A stretch of 64,000 nucleotides of DNA from the NCBI GenBank assembly GCA_900553395.1, contig USDJ01000008.1, positions 2,689-66,688 of the forward strand. The letters are read 5' to 3'. This document shows, piece after piece, positions 27,547 to 39,148 of this stretch. The translations under genes were made by a program, and so were the position numbers. Position 1 is the first letter of the stretch; each line of letters starts with the position of its first letter. Below the pieces are notes generated by a model. That model searched no databases. It worked only from the letters and a program-made list of their open reading frames with translations, and had not been told where the DNA came from. Origin of the DNA: an uncultured Mycoplasmatota bacterium (GTDB taxonomy: Bacteria > Bacillota_I > Bacilli_A > RF39 > UBA660).

Positions 27547-29844
27547 CTATTCTGTTCTAAGTGCTACTACAGGATCTTTTTTACTGGCCAATTTAGCTGG
27601 AATAAGTCCACCAATTACTGTAAGTGTCGTTGATACTAATATTAAAATTAATGCGTGAATTGGATTAAGTTTTGCAACATTAGATAACTCAGTCAAATTA
27701 TATATAATTTTGTTTACTGGTATCGTTAACAACAAGGCAATTAAAATTCCTATAACACCTGATGCTATACCTATAATAAATGTTTCTGCATTAAATACTC
27801 TAGATATATCTTTTTTTCTAGCGCCCAAAGCTCTTAAAATTCCTATTTCCTTAGTTCTTTCAAGAACAGATATATATGTTATAATTCCTATCATTATTGA
27901 TGAAACTATAAGAGAAATAGAAGAAAAAGCTATTAGCACTATCGTAATTGCTGACATAATAGAACCACTCATAGAAGAAATCATCTGTGCTTGATCGACA
28001 TAAATGACCTTTTCATCTTCAGATAAATTTTCGTTATATTTGTCTAGATAATTTAGTAAATCATCTTTTGAATTAAAATCTTTTGGATATAGTAATATCA
28101 TATAAGGTATTGCATCTGCACCTAAATATGCTAACATATTCTCTTTAGAAATAGACGTCTCACTATCACTAGAAAATCCTAAACCAGTTAATACGTTTAC
28201 ATCAGTTTTCTCTTGAGCCTTTACTATATCAGAATTCTTATTTTCTGATATTATATAATCTACTAATTGTTCTGTATAAACAAGACTAGAAGTTTGAATA
28301 TAAGATGGAAAATCTTCATTCATTCTAACAATACCAACAACCTTTAATTCAATAGAATTATCATATACGCTATTAAAATCGCTATTCATTTTAAATATTC
28401 CATTATCATTTATGTAAAGATCTCGGTTTAGTGCTATACGCACAGTTGAGCCTATAATATCATCAAAATCTATTTTATCTTTAATTTGAATATTTAATAA
28501 ATTTAAAATATCACGAGATACCCTGTTATTAGCGTCCACTATTAAAATTATCTCATTCTTATTCTCTGGAAACCTTCCACTTAATATGTCATAGTATGAT
28601 TTCATTACCAAATTTTGGTTTGACGAATCAAATGACTTAGGCATACTTGCAATACTCATCCCAGAAGTATCAATAAATTCAATATTAGAATCTGCCTTTT
28701 GTATAAAATTTAATTTTATATATCTATTATAAGCCACTCCATAAGAATATTCCTTAGGCATGTTTTCTATATATTCTATATATTCCTTAGTTATTTTATT
28801 TTTTCTAGTTAAAGTTTCAATTTGATTTTCAGATGGAATTACATATTTATAGTCAGGAAATTTTTTTAAATCTTCACCTTTTAATTTACTTACTGTTTCA
28901 CTATCCATATTCATGGATTGTTCGGATATAATTATTGGCATTGCAGACATAATACCCTTTTCATACTTCTTAACTTGTAAATCAAATCCATTAGAAAGTG
29001 ACAATATAAGTGCAATTCCAATAATGCCAATACTAGATGCAAAAGATGTTAAAATCGTTCTTCCTTTTTTAGTCTTAATATTATTAAACGAAAGTTTCAA
29101 AGCAGTTAAAAAACTCATTCTAGTCTTTTTAGACTTACTTTTTTTATAAGGGAGAGCTTCACTTTCATCATATGGATTAGTATCATCTGTTATTTTTCCA
29201 TCTTTCAAGCTTATTATTCTACTTGAATAATTTTTTGCTAATTCTGGATTATGTGTAACCATTATAACTAATTTGTTTTTACTTATTTTTTTTAGTAATT
29301 CCATAATTTGAATACTAGTATTAGAATCAAGAGCTCCCGTTGGCTCATCCGCTAAAACAATATCCGGATCATTTATAAGAGCACGTGCTATTGCAACTCT
29401 CTGCATTTGGCCACCACTCATTTGATTTGGCTTTTTATTTATATGATCAATTAATCCAACTTCTTTTAATGCTTTAATTGCTCTTTTTCTTCTATCTCTT
29501 TTTGAGACTCCACTAAGAGTTAAAGCGAGTTCAACATTCGAAAGTACAGTTTGATGAGAAATCAAATTATAGCTCTGAAAAACGAAACCAATTCTGTGAT
29601 TCCTATAAGAATCCCAGTCTTTATCCTTATATTTTTTAGTGGAAATTCCATCAATAATTAAATCTCCACTAGTATATTTATCAAGCCCACCTAATATATT
29701 TAAAAGAGTAGTTTTTCCACTTCCACTAGGTCCTAATATAGACACAAACTCATTTCTTCTAAAACTTATACTAACGCAATCTAGGGCATTTTGAACAAAA
29801 GAACCTGTCTTATAAACTTTAGATATATTTTTTATTTCAAGCAT
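27547..29844 (-). CDS. Fused ABC ATPase / FtsX-type permease (MacB-like)
   Basis: Walker [10 protein letters not shown], signature MSGGQMQR, Walker [13 protein letters not shown], and a C-terminal FtsX-like 4-TM permease. Confidence 0.85.
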   Translation of the reverse strand: MLEIKNISKVYKTGSFVQNALDCVSISFRRNEFVSILGPSGSGKTTLLNILGGLDKYTSGDLIIDGISTKKYKDKDWDSYRNHRIGFVFQSYNLISHQTVLSNVELALTLSGVSKRDRRKRAIKALKEVGLIDHINKKPNQMSGGQMQRVAIARALINDPDIVLADEPTGALDSNTSIQIMELLKKISKNKLVIMVTHNPELAKNYSSRIISLKDGKITDDTNPYDESEALPYKKSKSKKTRMSFLTALKLSFNNIKTKKGRTILTSFASSIGIIGIALILSLSNGFDLQVKKYEKGIMSAMPIIISEQSMNMDSETVSKLKGEDLKKFPDYKYVIPSENQIETLTRKNKITKEYIEYIENMPKEYSYGVAYNRYIKLNFIQKADSNIEFIDTSGMSIASMPKSFDSSNQNLVMKSYYDILSGRFPENKNEIILIVDANNRVSRDILNLLNIQIKDKIDFDDIIGSTVRIALNRDLYINDNGIFKMNSDFNSVYDNSIELKVVGIVRMNEDFPSYIQTSSLVYTEQLVDYIISENKNSDIVKAQEKTDVNVLTGLGFSSDSETSISKENMLAYLGADAIPYMILLYPKDFNSKDDLLNYLDKYNENLSEDEKVIYVDQAQMISSMSGSIMSAITIVLIAFSSISLIVSSIMIGIITYISVLERTKEIGILRALGARKKDISRVFNAETFIIGIASGVIGILIALLLTIPVNKIIYNLTELSNVAKLNPIHALILILVSTTLTVIGGLIPAKLASKKDPVVALRTE

Positions 29845-29902
29845 AATTCCTCCTGTTTAATTTGGTATAACTAATTATATCATACTTTAAATAAATATAT
29901 AA

Positions 29903-31108
29903 CTAATTATTTTTTATTGCTTCAGAAAGTTCTATAGTAGTTTCCTCTAATTTGTTTTCCCTATAATATTTTATTTTGACTTTATCACCAACTGAATGTT
30001 TATATAGAAGATATTTGAAATAAGAAGCATTCTCTATTTTTTTACCATCCATTTCAACAATTACATCTCCAACCTTAAGTCCCGCTTTTTGTGCTGGTTT
30101 TCCTTCTTCTATAAAACTTAATACAGCCCCAAACGTTACATCGTTACTTATCTTTATATCATAATAGTATTGTAAATAAAACGTATTATTTAAATCTGAA
30201 AGTTGTACTCCCAAATAAGGTCTTTCTATTGTTTTTAAGGTTTCTAAGCTATCAATTATTGCCATAACTGAATTTATTGGTATAGCAAATCCCATACCTT
30301 CTACTCCAGTTCCAACTAATTTTGATGAAGTTATACCTACTACTTGACCTTTTATATTACAAATAGGTCCACCGCTATTTCCTGAGTTTATAGAAGCATC
30401 AGTTTGAATTACATCCATCATATATGATTGTTGCTCTATGCTTACAGTTACCATTCTATTAGTTCCAGAAACTATTCCTTTAGTAATAGTTCCCATATAA
30501 TCTTTTCCAAGTGGTGCTCCTACAGTGAATAAAGTATCCCCCAACTCAAGTGCACTAGAATCTCCAATTTCTGCAACACTATTTACATCACTTGCATTAA
30601 CTTTTAATATAGCTATATCATAGTATGAATCAGAATTAACGTATTGTGCCTCTACTTCTTTACCATCAGTAAAAGTTATAACGTATTTATTACCGCCTTC
30701 TATTACATGATAATTAGTTAATATATATCCGAAATTATCGTCTTTTTTGTATACAAATCCAGAACCAGAAGCAACTGAACCTCTGTCATTTGAAACCTCT
30801 ATATAAATAGTCGAATCATATATATTTTTTATTGCTTCCTTAAGATCACTAGATTCTTCAACTGCCGTTACTTTAACGTTTTCTTTTGAAACATTTACTT
30901 GCTTAGTAGTACCCCTGCTAGCAAATATATATAGTATAAGTAAAATAATTGTTATAGAATATACTATATAAATAATTTTAGAAGTATTATTATTACTATT
31001 ATTATGATGATTTTGATTTATAGATGAATTATTTGATTTAGTTTCAGTAAAATCAGCATCTATTACTTTTTTACTTTCTTCTTTTTCTACCTTTTCTTCA
31101 TTATCCAT
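29903..31108 (-). CDS. htrA: HtrA/DegP-family serine protease with PDZ domain
   Basis: TM anchor, TNYHVI (His), DIAILKV (Asp), GNSGGP (Ser) and a C-terminal PDZ (GLKVGDVIVEMDGK). Confidence 0.85.
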   Translation of the reverse strand: MDNEEKVEKEESKKVIDADFTETKSNNSSINQNHHNNSNNNTSKIIYIVYSITIILLILYIFASRGTTKQVNVSKENVKVTAVEESSDLKEAIKNIYDSTIYIEVSNDRGSVASGSGFVYKKDDNFGYILTNYHVIEGGNKYVITFTDGKEVEAQYVNSDSYYDIAILKVNASDVNSVAEIGDSSALELGDTLFTVGAPLGKDYMGTITKGIVSGTNRMVTVSIEQQSYMMDVIQTDASINSGNSGGPICNIKGQVVGITSSKLVGTGVEGMGFAIPINSVMAIIDSLETLKTIERPYLGVQLSDLNNTFYLQYYYDIKISNDVTFGAVLSFIEEGKPAQKAGLKVGDVIVEMDGKKIENASYFKYLLYKHSVGDKVKIKYYRENKLEETTIELSEAIKNN

Positions 31109-31238
31109 AATTATCCTCCCAATATAATCATAGTATACCTATATTATGATAAAAATATGAAAATATATAGTAATTTTGATGTTTTTTATAAAAAAATAGT
31201 TTTATAAATCAACAAAAATAGTTGATATATAAAACTAC

Positions 31239-31709
31239 TTAATTATTTACTTTATTTTTAAAAGTATTTAACATTTTACTATACTCATCTGCTTTAAATA
31301 GCTTTTTCTCAAAGGTTAATTTTTCTCTCCCTTGCTTAAATACTATAACGAACTCGCGTTTCTTTTCTCGTACTTTTTTTATAGAATTATATTTATAATC
31401 TGTTTTATGACCATTTATTGTAAGAGAAAATTTATTTGGAGTTAACTCTAAAATATATTTTCCATATGTATCATAATTTAGCATACTATTCAATTTGAAA
31501 TAAGCAAAAATATATAAAATATTTAATAAAGATATAACAAGAACAAGAATTAATATATATATTGGTAAAAATAATAAACTTATCTTGTTAATAGAAAAAA
31601 TTAAGTAAATTATTATTCCTATAGCTAATAATACTAGATTATTTATAGTTCTAGCTTTAATTAAATATTTTTTAAAATCATTCTTAGTATACATATAACT
31701 AACTTTCAT
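31239..31709 (-). CDS. Small two-TM membrane protein (YcxB-like)
   Basis: Two adjacent TM helices followed by a soluble tail. Assignment by topology only. Confidence 0.4.
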   Translation of the reverse strand: MKVSYMYTKNDFKKYLIKARTINNLVLLAIGIIIYLIFSINKISLLFLPIYILILVLVISLLNILYIFAYFKLNSMLNYDTYGKYILELTPNKFSLTINGHKTDYKYNSIKKVREKKREFVIVFKQGREKLTFEKKLFKADEYSKMLNTFKNKVNN

Positions 31710-34515
31710 CTTTTAACATTCCTTTCAAATATTTTCCTGTATAACTTTGCTCACAATTAGCAACTTCTTCTGGCGTTCCGAGCGCTATTACCTTTCCACC
31801 GCCAGATCCTCCCTCTGGGCCTAAATCTATTATATAATCAGCAACTTTAATTACATCTAAATTATGTTCTATCACGATCACAGTATCTCCATTATCCACT
31901 ATTCTATTTAATATATTAAGTAAATTCTTGATATCGTGAATATGTAATCCAGTAGTTGGTTCATCTAAGATAAATAAACTCTTACCTGTCGGTTTCTTTT
32001 GTAATTCTTTAGCTAATTTAACTCTTCCAGCTTCTCCACCAGAAAGAGTTGGAGCACTTTGACCCAATTTGACATATGATAGTCCAACATCATATAAAAC
32101 TTGCAATTTGTCTTTTACCTTGGGAATGTTTTTAAAGAATTCTAATGCTTCTTCTACATTCATATTTAAAACATCATATATGCTCTTACCTTTATATTTA
32201 ACTTGCAAAGTTTCTCTATTATACCTAGTTCCATGACATACTTCACAAGGTACATAAACATCTGGTAAAAAATGCATCTCTATTTTCTTTACACCATCAC
32301 CAGAACAAGCTTCACACCTTCCACCTTTTACGTTAAATGAAAATCTTCCTTTATCATATCCTCTAATTTTAGCTTCTTTTGTTTCTGCAAATACATCTCT
32401 TATATCATCAAAGACACCTACATAAGTAGCTGGGTTACTTCTTGGAGTTCTACCTATTGGAGTTTGAGATATTTGAACTATTTTATCTATTTGATCCAAT
32501 CCAACTATAGCTTTGTGCTTACCAGGTTTATCTTTAGATTTATATAAATTTTGATAAATTGCTTTATATAGTATTTCATTTACTAAGCTAGACTTACCAC
32601 TTCCACTTACTCCAGTAACGCAAACAAACTTACCTAAAGGAAATTTAACATTTATATTTTTTAAATTATTTTCCTTGGCACCCTTTACCTCAATATATTT
32701 ACCATTACCTTTTCTTCTTAATTTAGGTACTTCTATTTTCATTTTACCACTTAAGTACTTACCTGTTAAACTATTACTATCACACATAACTTCTTTTGGT
32801 GTTCCTTTTGATACTATAGTTCCACCATGTATTCCAGCAAGAGGTCCAACATCGACCAAATAATCAGCTGCAAGCATTGTATCTGTATCGTGTTCAACCA
32901 CTATAAGTGTATTGCCTAAATCTCTCATTTCTAATAAAGAGTTAATAAGTCTAGTGTTATCCCTTTGATGTAAACCTATGCTTGGTTCATCTAGTACATA
33001 TAAAACTCCAGTTAACCTAGATCCTATTTGAGTAGCTAGTCTAATTCTTCCAGCTTCTCCACCACTTAAAGTACCTGCCATTCTGTTTAAAGTTAAATAA
33101 CTAAGTCCTACATTTATTAAGAATTTTAATCTATCTTTTATTTCTTTCAATATAAGTTCAGCTATTTTTAATTGTTCTTTATTTAATTTTAAATCACTTA
33201 AAAATTCATATAGTTCACCTATAGAAAGCTTAGTAACTTCATAAATATCTTTTTTATTTATTTTAACAGCTAAAACTGAAGAATCTAGACGAGCACCTTT
33301 ACACTTTGGACAAGGCAATTCCATCATGAATTTATCCAACCAATCTCTAATCCATCCACTTTTAGTTTCTATATATCTTCTCTCTAAATTGTTTATTACT
33401 CCTTCAAAGTAATCAGTAGTTTTTCTAGTATTACCATTATTTGCTACATAATTAAATTCAAGAGGTTCTAGGGAACCATACAAAATCAAGTTTAACTCAT
33501 CTCTTGTCAAGTCTTTTATAGGTTTAGTTAAATCTATATTATAATGATTAGCTAATGTTTTTATTTGTGTATAAGAAATAGAAGCGTCCATATTGAAAGC
33601 AACTATCCCACCATCCATTATACTTTTATTCTTATCCGGCATTATTAAGTCTTCATCTATCTTTTGCTTAAATCCAAGTCCATTACATTCTTTACAAGCA
33701 CCATATGGAGCATTAAAACTAAATAATCTTGGTTCAAGTTCTGGAAGAGAAAAGTCACAATCAGGACAAGCATATTTTTCACTCATGACAATAGTGTCAC
33801 TTCCAACAACATCTATAGCACACTTACCATGAGCTATTTTACAAGATAATTCTATAGCTTCATATAATCTACTTCTTATATCACTTTTTATTATTAATCT
33901 ATCTATAACAACTTCTATTGAATGCTTTTTATTTTTTTCTAATAATATTTCCTCGTTTAAATCGTGTTCCTGTGAATCAATTCTAACTCTTGTATATCCA
34001 TCTTTTTTTAAGTCTTGCAATAAATCTTTATGCGTTCCTTTTTCTCCATGAACAACTGGAGCTAATACTCTAATTTTAGTTCCTTCAATGAGATTTAAAA
34101 TTTGATTCGTCATTTCTTCTATACTTTGGCTTGTTATAGGTTTGCCGTGTACTGGGCAATATGGAACACCAATTCTAGCATAAAGTAATCTTAAATAATC
34201 ATAAATTTCAGTAACAGTACCTACAGTACTTCTTGGATTATTATTAGTAGTTTTTTGATCTATACTAATACTTGGGCTAAGTCCTTCTATACTATCAACA
34301 TCAGGCTTATCTGTATTACCTAAAAATTGACGAGCATATGCACTCAAGCTTTCTACATATCTTCTTTGACCTTCTTTATATATAGTATCAAAAGCAAGAC
34401 TAGATTTACCACTTCCTGAAACACCAGTCATAACTATTAATTTGTTTTTTGGAAGCTCCAAATCAACATTTTTCAAATTGTTTTCTCTAGCACCTTTTAT
34501 TATAATTTTATCCAT
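31699..34515 (-). CDS. uvrA: Excinuclease ABC subunit A
   Basis: Two ABC modules (GVSGSGKSS twice, LSGGEAGR twice) and Cys4 zinc modules. MDKIIIKGARENNLKN start. Confidence 0.95.
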   Translation of the reverse strand: MDKIIIKGARENNLKNVDLELPKNKLIVMTGVSGSGKSSLAFDTIYKEGQRRYVESLSAYARQFLGNTDKPDVDSIEGLSPSISIDQKTTNNNPRSTVGTVTEIYDYLRLLYARIGVPYCPVHGKPITSQSIEEMTNQILNLIEGTKIRVLAPVVHGEKGTHKDLLQDLKKDGYTRVRIDSQEHDLNEEILLEKNKKHSIEVVIDRLIIKSDIRSRLYEAIELSCKIAHGKCAIDVVGSDTIVMSEKYACPDCDFSLPELEPRLFSFNAPYGACKECNGLGFKQKIDEDLIMPDKNKSIMDGGIVAFNMDASISYTQIKTLANHYNIDLTKPIKDLTRDELNLILYGSLEPLEFNYVANNGNTRKTTDYFEGVINNLERRYIETKSGWIRDWLDKFMMELPCPKCKGARLDSSVLAVKINKKDIYEVTKLSIGELYEFLSDLKLNKEQLKIAELILKEIKDRLKFLINVGLSYLTLNRMAGTLSGGEAGRIRLATQIGSRLTGVLYVLDEPSIGLHQRDNTRLINSLLEMRDLGNTLIVVEHDTDTMLAADYLVDVGPLAGIHGGTIVSKGTPKEVMCDSNSLTGKYLSGKMKIEVPKLRRKGNGKYIEVKGAKENNLKNINVKFPLGKFVCVTGVSGSGKSSLVNEILYKAIYQNLYKSKDKPGKHKAIVGLDQIDKIVQISQTPIGRTPRSNPATYVGVFDDIRDVFAETKEAKIRGYDKGRFSFNVKGGRCEACSGDGVKKIEMHFLPDVYVPCEVCHGTRYNRETLQVKYKGKSIYDVLNMNVEEALEFFKNIPKVKDKLQVLYDVGLSYVKLGQSAPTLSGGEAGRVKLAKELQKKPTGKSLFILDEPTTGLHIHDIKNLLNILNRIVDNGDTVIVIEHNLDVIKVADYIIDLGPEGGSGGGKVIALGTPEEVANCEQSYTGKYLKGMLKDES

Positions 34516-34560
34516 AAAACCACCACAAATATTATACATTAGTATTTATAAATTAACAAG

Positions 34561-34587
34561 AAAAAAAGTACATAATATTTGTACTTT
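34561..34587 (-). terminator. Rho-independent terminator
   Basis: Minus strand AAGTACA-loop-TGTACTT followed by TTTTTTT. Confidence 0.6.
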
Positions 34588-35749
34588 AATGATTCGCATT
34601 ATTATTTAATGTTTTATATAATTGCCTTCCGTGCAATCCGAAATCTTCTAAAGAGGCCTCGTTAACTCTACTTAAAACAATACCATTATTTAAATTTTTA
34701 ATTCTTTCTATATGTTTTTCCAATGTAGGAGTTTCAATTGAAACCTTAGTATCTCTAAGACTATTTGAAATTACTATAGAAGTACGATAACCAATAACGC
34801 TTGAGTTTGGGTATTTAGATAATTGTGGTGTATCTATATATTTTTCTTCTACATTAGTTATTGCAATTTTTTTACCAGTTTTATCTATATAGAAATTATT
34901 TCCATTCAAACAAACACTAGCTGCTCCCTCACTAAAATCAGATGCATCGTCAAACATAAATGGAATTACTACTTCATTTTTTGAATTAATAAATCCATAT
35001 TTACAATTTTTCTTAACTGCGGCAATGCCATCAGAAAAACTTTTAGCATCTTCATATTCAAAAGGTATTTTAACATTATTATTTATATCTATAAATCCAT
35101 ATTTACCATTTTTCTTAACAGCAGCAAGACCTGAAGAAAAACTTTTAGCGTCTTCATATTCAAAAGGAATTATTAATTCAAATTTATTATTGATAAAACC
35201 AAATTTATTATTTTCAACAACTAATGCCCTATTGCAACTAAAAGCTGATAATTCTTGATATGGAAGAGATTTTATTCTTTGACCCAAAGTATTAATATAA
35301 TAATTTTCAACACCATCACTAACTGCTGCTAAACCTTCTGAAAACATTGTGGCTTTGGTAAATCTATTTTTAATAGCAAATTTACCTGCTTTATTAATAT
35401 AACCAAAGAAGCCTTTATAGCAAACAAGCGCAAGACCACTATTAAATTTTGATGCATATTCAAATCTAAATGGAATCTTAACTTCACCCGACTCATTTAT
35501 ATATCCATAAGATAATATAGAACTTATGTAAATTGCTACGGGTGCCAGCCCATCACTAAATTCTCCTGCTGCATCAAAATCTGAAACAAATGGCATTTGG
35601 TTTTTCTTGTCTATGTATCCAAAAAGTAAATTTTCATCTCTAACGCTAGCAAGGCCACCACTAAACTTACCTAAATCAGTAAATCCATTCCCTAAATCAG
35701 TTTGACTTTCTACTTTTATTTTAATACTATTTTCTACATTTAAATCCAT
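34586..35749 (-). CDS. WG-repeat (KWG-type) protein
   Basis: Many repeats of the form KYGFI(D/N)..(G/N)..(V/I)IPF.(F/Y)(E/D).A..FS.GLA.V. Confidence 0.75.
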   Translation of the reverse strand: MDLNVENSIKIKVESQTDLGNGFTDLGKFSGGLASVRDENLLFGYIDKKNQMPFVSDFDAAGEFSDGLAPVAIYISSILSYGYINESGEVKIPFRFEYASKFNSGLALVCYKGFFGYINKAGKFAIKNRFTKATMFSEGLAAVSDGVENYYINTLGQRIKSLPYQELSAFSCNRALVVENNKFGFINNKFELIIPFEYEDAKSFSSGLAAVKKNGKYGFIDINNNVKIPFEYEDAKSFSDGIAAVKKNCKYGFINSKNEVVIPFMFDDASDFSEGAASVCLNGNNFYIDKTGKKIAITNVEEKYIDTPQLSKYPNSSVIGYRTSIVISNSLRDTKVSIETPTLEKHIERIKNLNNGIVLSRVNEASLEDFGLHGRQLYKTLNNNANH

Positions 35750-35807
35750 TGTTTCCCTCCGTATAGTCGATTATTATATATTTTTTAGTGAATTATGTCA
35801 AATTATA

Positions 35808-36407
35808 CTAACAAGCCTTTAAAAATATTCTAAATATATTATTTTGACCCAAATCATAATCAATCATATTTTCAGGGTGCCACTGTACACCTATAAAAAA
35901 TTTTTTATTTGGATCTTCTATGGCTTCTATAACTCCATCGTTAGATATCGCTGACACTTTCATAATAGTATCTTTTATTGTCGAATTATGTCGACTATTG
36001 ACTTTTATTTCATCTTTTTTAAATATATTGTATAGTTTAGAGTTCCTAAAAATGTGAACACTATGAGCATAACTTAGATTTTTTTTGTGATTTTTAACAT
36101 TTACTTCTTTGCATCCAAAAATATTACCCATAAGTTGCATTCCAAGACAAATACCCAGCACAGGTTTATCTATATCATAAATGTACTTTAGCGCTGCTTT
36201 ATCGTATTCTTCAAAATCATCTCCGCCAGAAAATATCACCCCATCAACTAAATCAATTAGTTCTTTATAATCCTCATCCAAAACTATTCCAACTGCTATG
36301 CCACCGTTTTTTCTTATAGCTTTAACTATGTCACTATACATTATATTTGTACTATGTCCTTCTTCACTTTTGCTCCCTCTAGTTACTATCCCAATAAGTT
36401 TCATCAT
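35808..36407 (-). CDS. Class I glutamine amidotransferase-like hydrolase (peptidase C26 / PuuD-like)
   Basis: GICLGMQL nucleophile elbow and VQWHPE. Confidence 0.75.
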   Translation of the reverse strand: MMKLIGIVTRGSKSEEGHSTNIMYSDIVKAIRKNGGIAVGIVLDEDYKELIDLVDGVIFSGGDDFEEYDKAALKYIYDIDKPVLGICLGMQLMGNIFGCKEVNVKNHKKNLSYAHSVHIFRNSKLYNIFKKDEIKVNSRHNSTIKDTIMKVSAISNDGVIEAIEDPNKKFFIGVQWHPENMIDYDLGQNNIFRIFLKAC

Positions 36408-36449
36408 ATCACCAATTAATATTATTATAAAAAATTATTAATAATACTT

Positions 36450-36476
36450 AAAAAGTGAATCAAACGATTCACTTTA
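36450..36476 (-). terminator. Rho-independent terminator
   Basis: Minus strand AAGTGAATC-loop-GATTCACTT followed by TTTT. Confidence 0.55.
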
Positions 36477-39006
36477 CTTCTTTTTTTAATTCATATAACA
36501 AATTTATAGCTTCCATCGGAGTCATATTAAGTGGATCAACTGCTTTTAATTTATTAATCAATTCATCATTTTCATTTTTTGTAACTAAATCAAGAGGTAA
36601 TGATTCTTGAATTTTTATATCTCTTTTAGTTTCTTTTGATTCATAAACACTTAATATTTCACTAGCTCTTTTAATTAGTGACTCTGGAAGATTAGCTAAT
36701 TTAGCTACGTGTATTCCATAACTTTTATCAATACTTCCATCTTTTATTTTATGTAGAAATGTAACTGTTCCATTTTCTTCGTGTGCACTTACGTGTACAT
36801 TTTTTAAATACTTTAGTGTATCAGAAAGTGATGTAAGTTCGTGATAATGTGTTGAAAACATCATTTTAGCACCTATAAAATCGTGTATATATTCTATTAT
36901 AGATTGCGCTAAAGCCATACCATCAAAAGTAGCAGTACCTCTTCCAAGTTCATCAAATAATATCAAAGAATTTTTACTTGCATTTTTTATTGCTCTATTA
37001 GCTTCATTCATTTCAACCATAAATGTTGATTCACCGCTAACTAAATCATCGCTCGCACCTATTCTAGTATATATAGCATCGAAAATTTTCATTTTAGCAC
37101 TTGAAGCTGGTACAAAGCATCCTATTTGAGCCATTATAACTGTAATAGCAAGTTGTCTCATATATGTACTTTTTCCAGCCATATTAGGTCCAGTAATAAG
37201 TAATATGTTTGTATTTTCATCCATTATAATGTCATTAGGTACATACTCACTAGTCATTACCTTTTCAACTACAGCATGCCTATTTTCTCTTATATCAATA
37301 ACATTTTCATCAATCAATATTGGCCTTACATAATTGTTTTCTTCTGCAACAGTAGAAAATGATTGAAGAACATCTATTTCACTTATAGTTTTAGCTATTG
37401 CTTGTAAGCGAGGTATATATTTTTTTACTTCCTCTCTTATATTTACAAACAAATCATACTCTAAATTAATTATTCTTTCTTCAGCATTTAATATTAAGGA
37501 TTCTTTTTCTTTTAGTACCGGACTTATATATCTTTCACAGTTACTTAATGTTTGTTTTCTTTCATATCCATAAGAATCTTTTACTAAGTTGGTCATGCCT
37601 TTTGATACTTCTATATAATATCCAAATACCTTGTTATATCCGACTTTAAGAGTCTTTATTCCAGTCTTTTCTTTCTCTGAAGCCTCAAATTTAGCTATAA
37701 AATCTTTTCCATTAGTCCTAATACTTTTTAACTCATCTAGTTCACTATTATATCCTGATTTTATCAAATAACCTTCTTTTAATCCTATAGGTGGATTATC
37801 ATAAATAGATTTTTCTAATAACTCATATAAGTCACTTAGTGTTTCTATATCTTCAAAACCTATAGAGTTTAGTATACTTTTAATATCTGGAAGAACTCTT
37901 AGTGAACTTTTAAGTTGCAATAAGTCTCTAGCATTTGCATTTCCAAAAGCTATTCGTCCACTTAGTCTTTCTAAATCATACACTTCATATAATAAATTTT
38001 TTAAGTCTTCTTTAAGGATAAACTCTTCTAATAGTTTCTCAACTATATCATACCTTTTATTAATTTCTTCTTTATCTACTAGTGGATTTTCTATATAATT
38101 TTTAAGCATACGAGAACCCATAGCAGTTTTAGTTTTATCAAGAAGCCAAATAAGAGAATATTGTCTTTGTTTTAGTCTTAATGTTTCTGTAAGCTCCAAA
38201 TTTCTTTTGGTATGAATATCCATTTTTAAATAATTAGAATTAACTTTAACAATGGCTTTTTGTAAATGTGATAATGATGTCATTTTAATATCTATAACAT
38301 AACTTATAAGATATTTTAAAGATTTTATTAGTCTTTCATCAGAGATATCTTCGTAAACATAATTATATTCTTCCAAATCTTTTATATCATCACAAATAGA
38401 AATTGATATATTAAATTGATTTTTTAGCACGTTCGTTATGTTTTTATCAAAGCTAGATTCTACTATTACCTCTTTGATTCCTATACTTACTATTTCACTT
38501 ATCAAACTCGAAGAATTATGATCAACAAGGCTTACATAAATCTCACCAGTTGTAATATCAGTATAGCTTATTCCATATGCATGACTAAAATCTAAAATAC
38601 TGCCTATATAGTTTGACTCATTTTCTTTTATTGAATCAGCATTCATAATAGTACCTTTACTAATAATCTGAATAAGACCTCTTTCTACTATTCCCTTAGC
38701 TTTTTTAGGGTCTTCTAACTGTTCACAAATTCCTATTTTATAACCTTTTTCTACCATTTTTTCAATATAAATATCAACAGCATGATAAGGAACTCCACAC
38801 ATAGGTACTCTTTCTTCTAGTCCTGCACTTCTACCCGTTAAAGTAAGCTCTAATTCTCTAGATGTTAATACCGCATCCTCAAAAAACACTTCATAAAAAT
38901 CCCCTAATCTATAAAAAATTATTACATCAGGATGCTCATTTTTTACACTTATATAATGTTTCATCATAGGTGAAACTTTATTTATATCTACATCACACAT
39001 CTTCAT
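36469..39006 (-). CDS. mutS: DNA mismatch repair protein MutS
   Basis: SPMMKHY and GDFYEVFFEDA (mismatch-binding domain), Walker A GPNMAGKST, STHYHEL. AGGTGATGTT RBS before the ATG at 39006. Confidence 0.95.
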   Translation of the reverse strand: MKMCDVDINKVSPMMKHYISVKNEHPDVIIFYRLGDFYEVFFEDAVLTSRELELTLTGRSAGLEERVPMCGVPYHAVDIYIEKMVEKGYKIGICEQLEDPKKAKGIVERGLIQIISKGTIMNADSIKENESNYIGSILDFSHAYGISYTDITTGEIYVSLVDHNSSSLISEIVSIGIKEVIVESSFDKNITNVLKNQFNISISICDDIKDLEEYNYVYEDISDERLIKSLKYLISYVIDIKMTSLSHLQKAIVKVNSNYLKMDIHTKRNLELTETLRLKQRQYSLIWLLDKTKTAMGSRMLKNYIENPLVDKEEINKRYDIVEKLLEEFILKEDLKNLLYEVYDLERLSGRIAFGNANARDLLQLKSSLRVLPDIKSILNSIGFEDIETLSDLYELLEKSIYDNPPIGLKEGYLIKSGYNSELDELKSIRTNGKDFIAKFEASEKEKTGIKTLKVGYNKVFGYYIEVSKGMTNLVKDSYGYERKQTLSNCERYISPVLKEKESLILNAEERIINLEYDLFVNIREEVKKYIPRLQAIAKTISEIDVLQSFSTVAEENNYVRPILIDENVIDIRENRHAVVEKVMTSEYVPNDIIMDENTNILLITGPNMAGKSTYMRQLAITVIMAQIGCFVPASSAKMKIFDAIYTRIGASDDLVSGESTFMVEMNEANRAIKNASKNSLILFDELGRGTATFDGMALAQSIIEYIHDFIGAKMMFSTHYHELTSLSDTLKYLKNVHVSAHEENGTVTFLHKIKDGSIDKSYGIHVAKLANLPESLIKRASEILSVYESKETKRDIKIQESLPLDLVTKNENDELINKLKAVDPLNMTPMEAINLLYELKKEVK

Positions 39007-39083
39007 AACATCACCTAGATAGTATTTTATCAAATTGTTTAGTTTAAATCCAGTATTTTAATACAAATATTAACTTTATATCA

Positions 39084-39112
39084 TAAAAAAACTATTAATA
39101 ATCATTAATAGT
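39084..39112 (-). terminator. Rho-independent terminator
   Basis: Minus strand ACTATTAAT-GAT-TATTAATAGT (imperfect pairing) followed by TTTTTTT. Confidence 0.55.
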
Positions 39113-39148
39113 TAAATCTATAAGTTTTAATATTTACTTTGATTTATA

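Noticed and set aside
35808-39006. Absence of mutL downstream of mutS as a possible rearrangement.
   Set aside because: mutS ends with its own terminator and the flanks look like ordinary backbone. mutS and mutL are not universally linked, so nothing in the sequence indicates a breakpoint.
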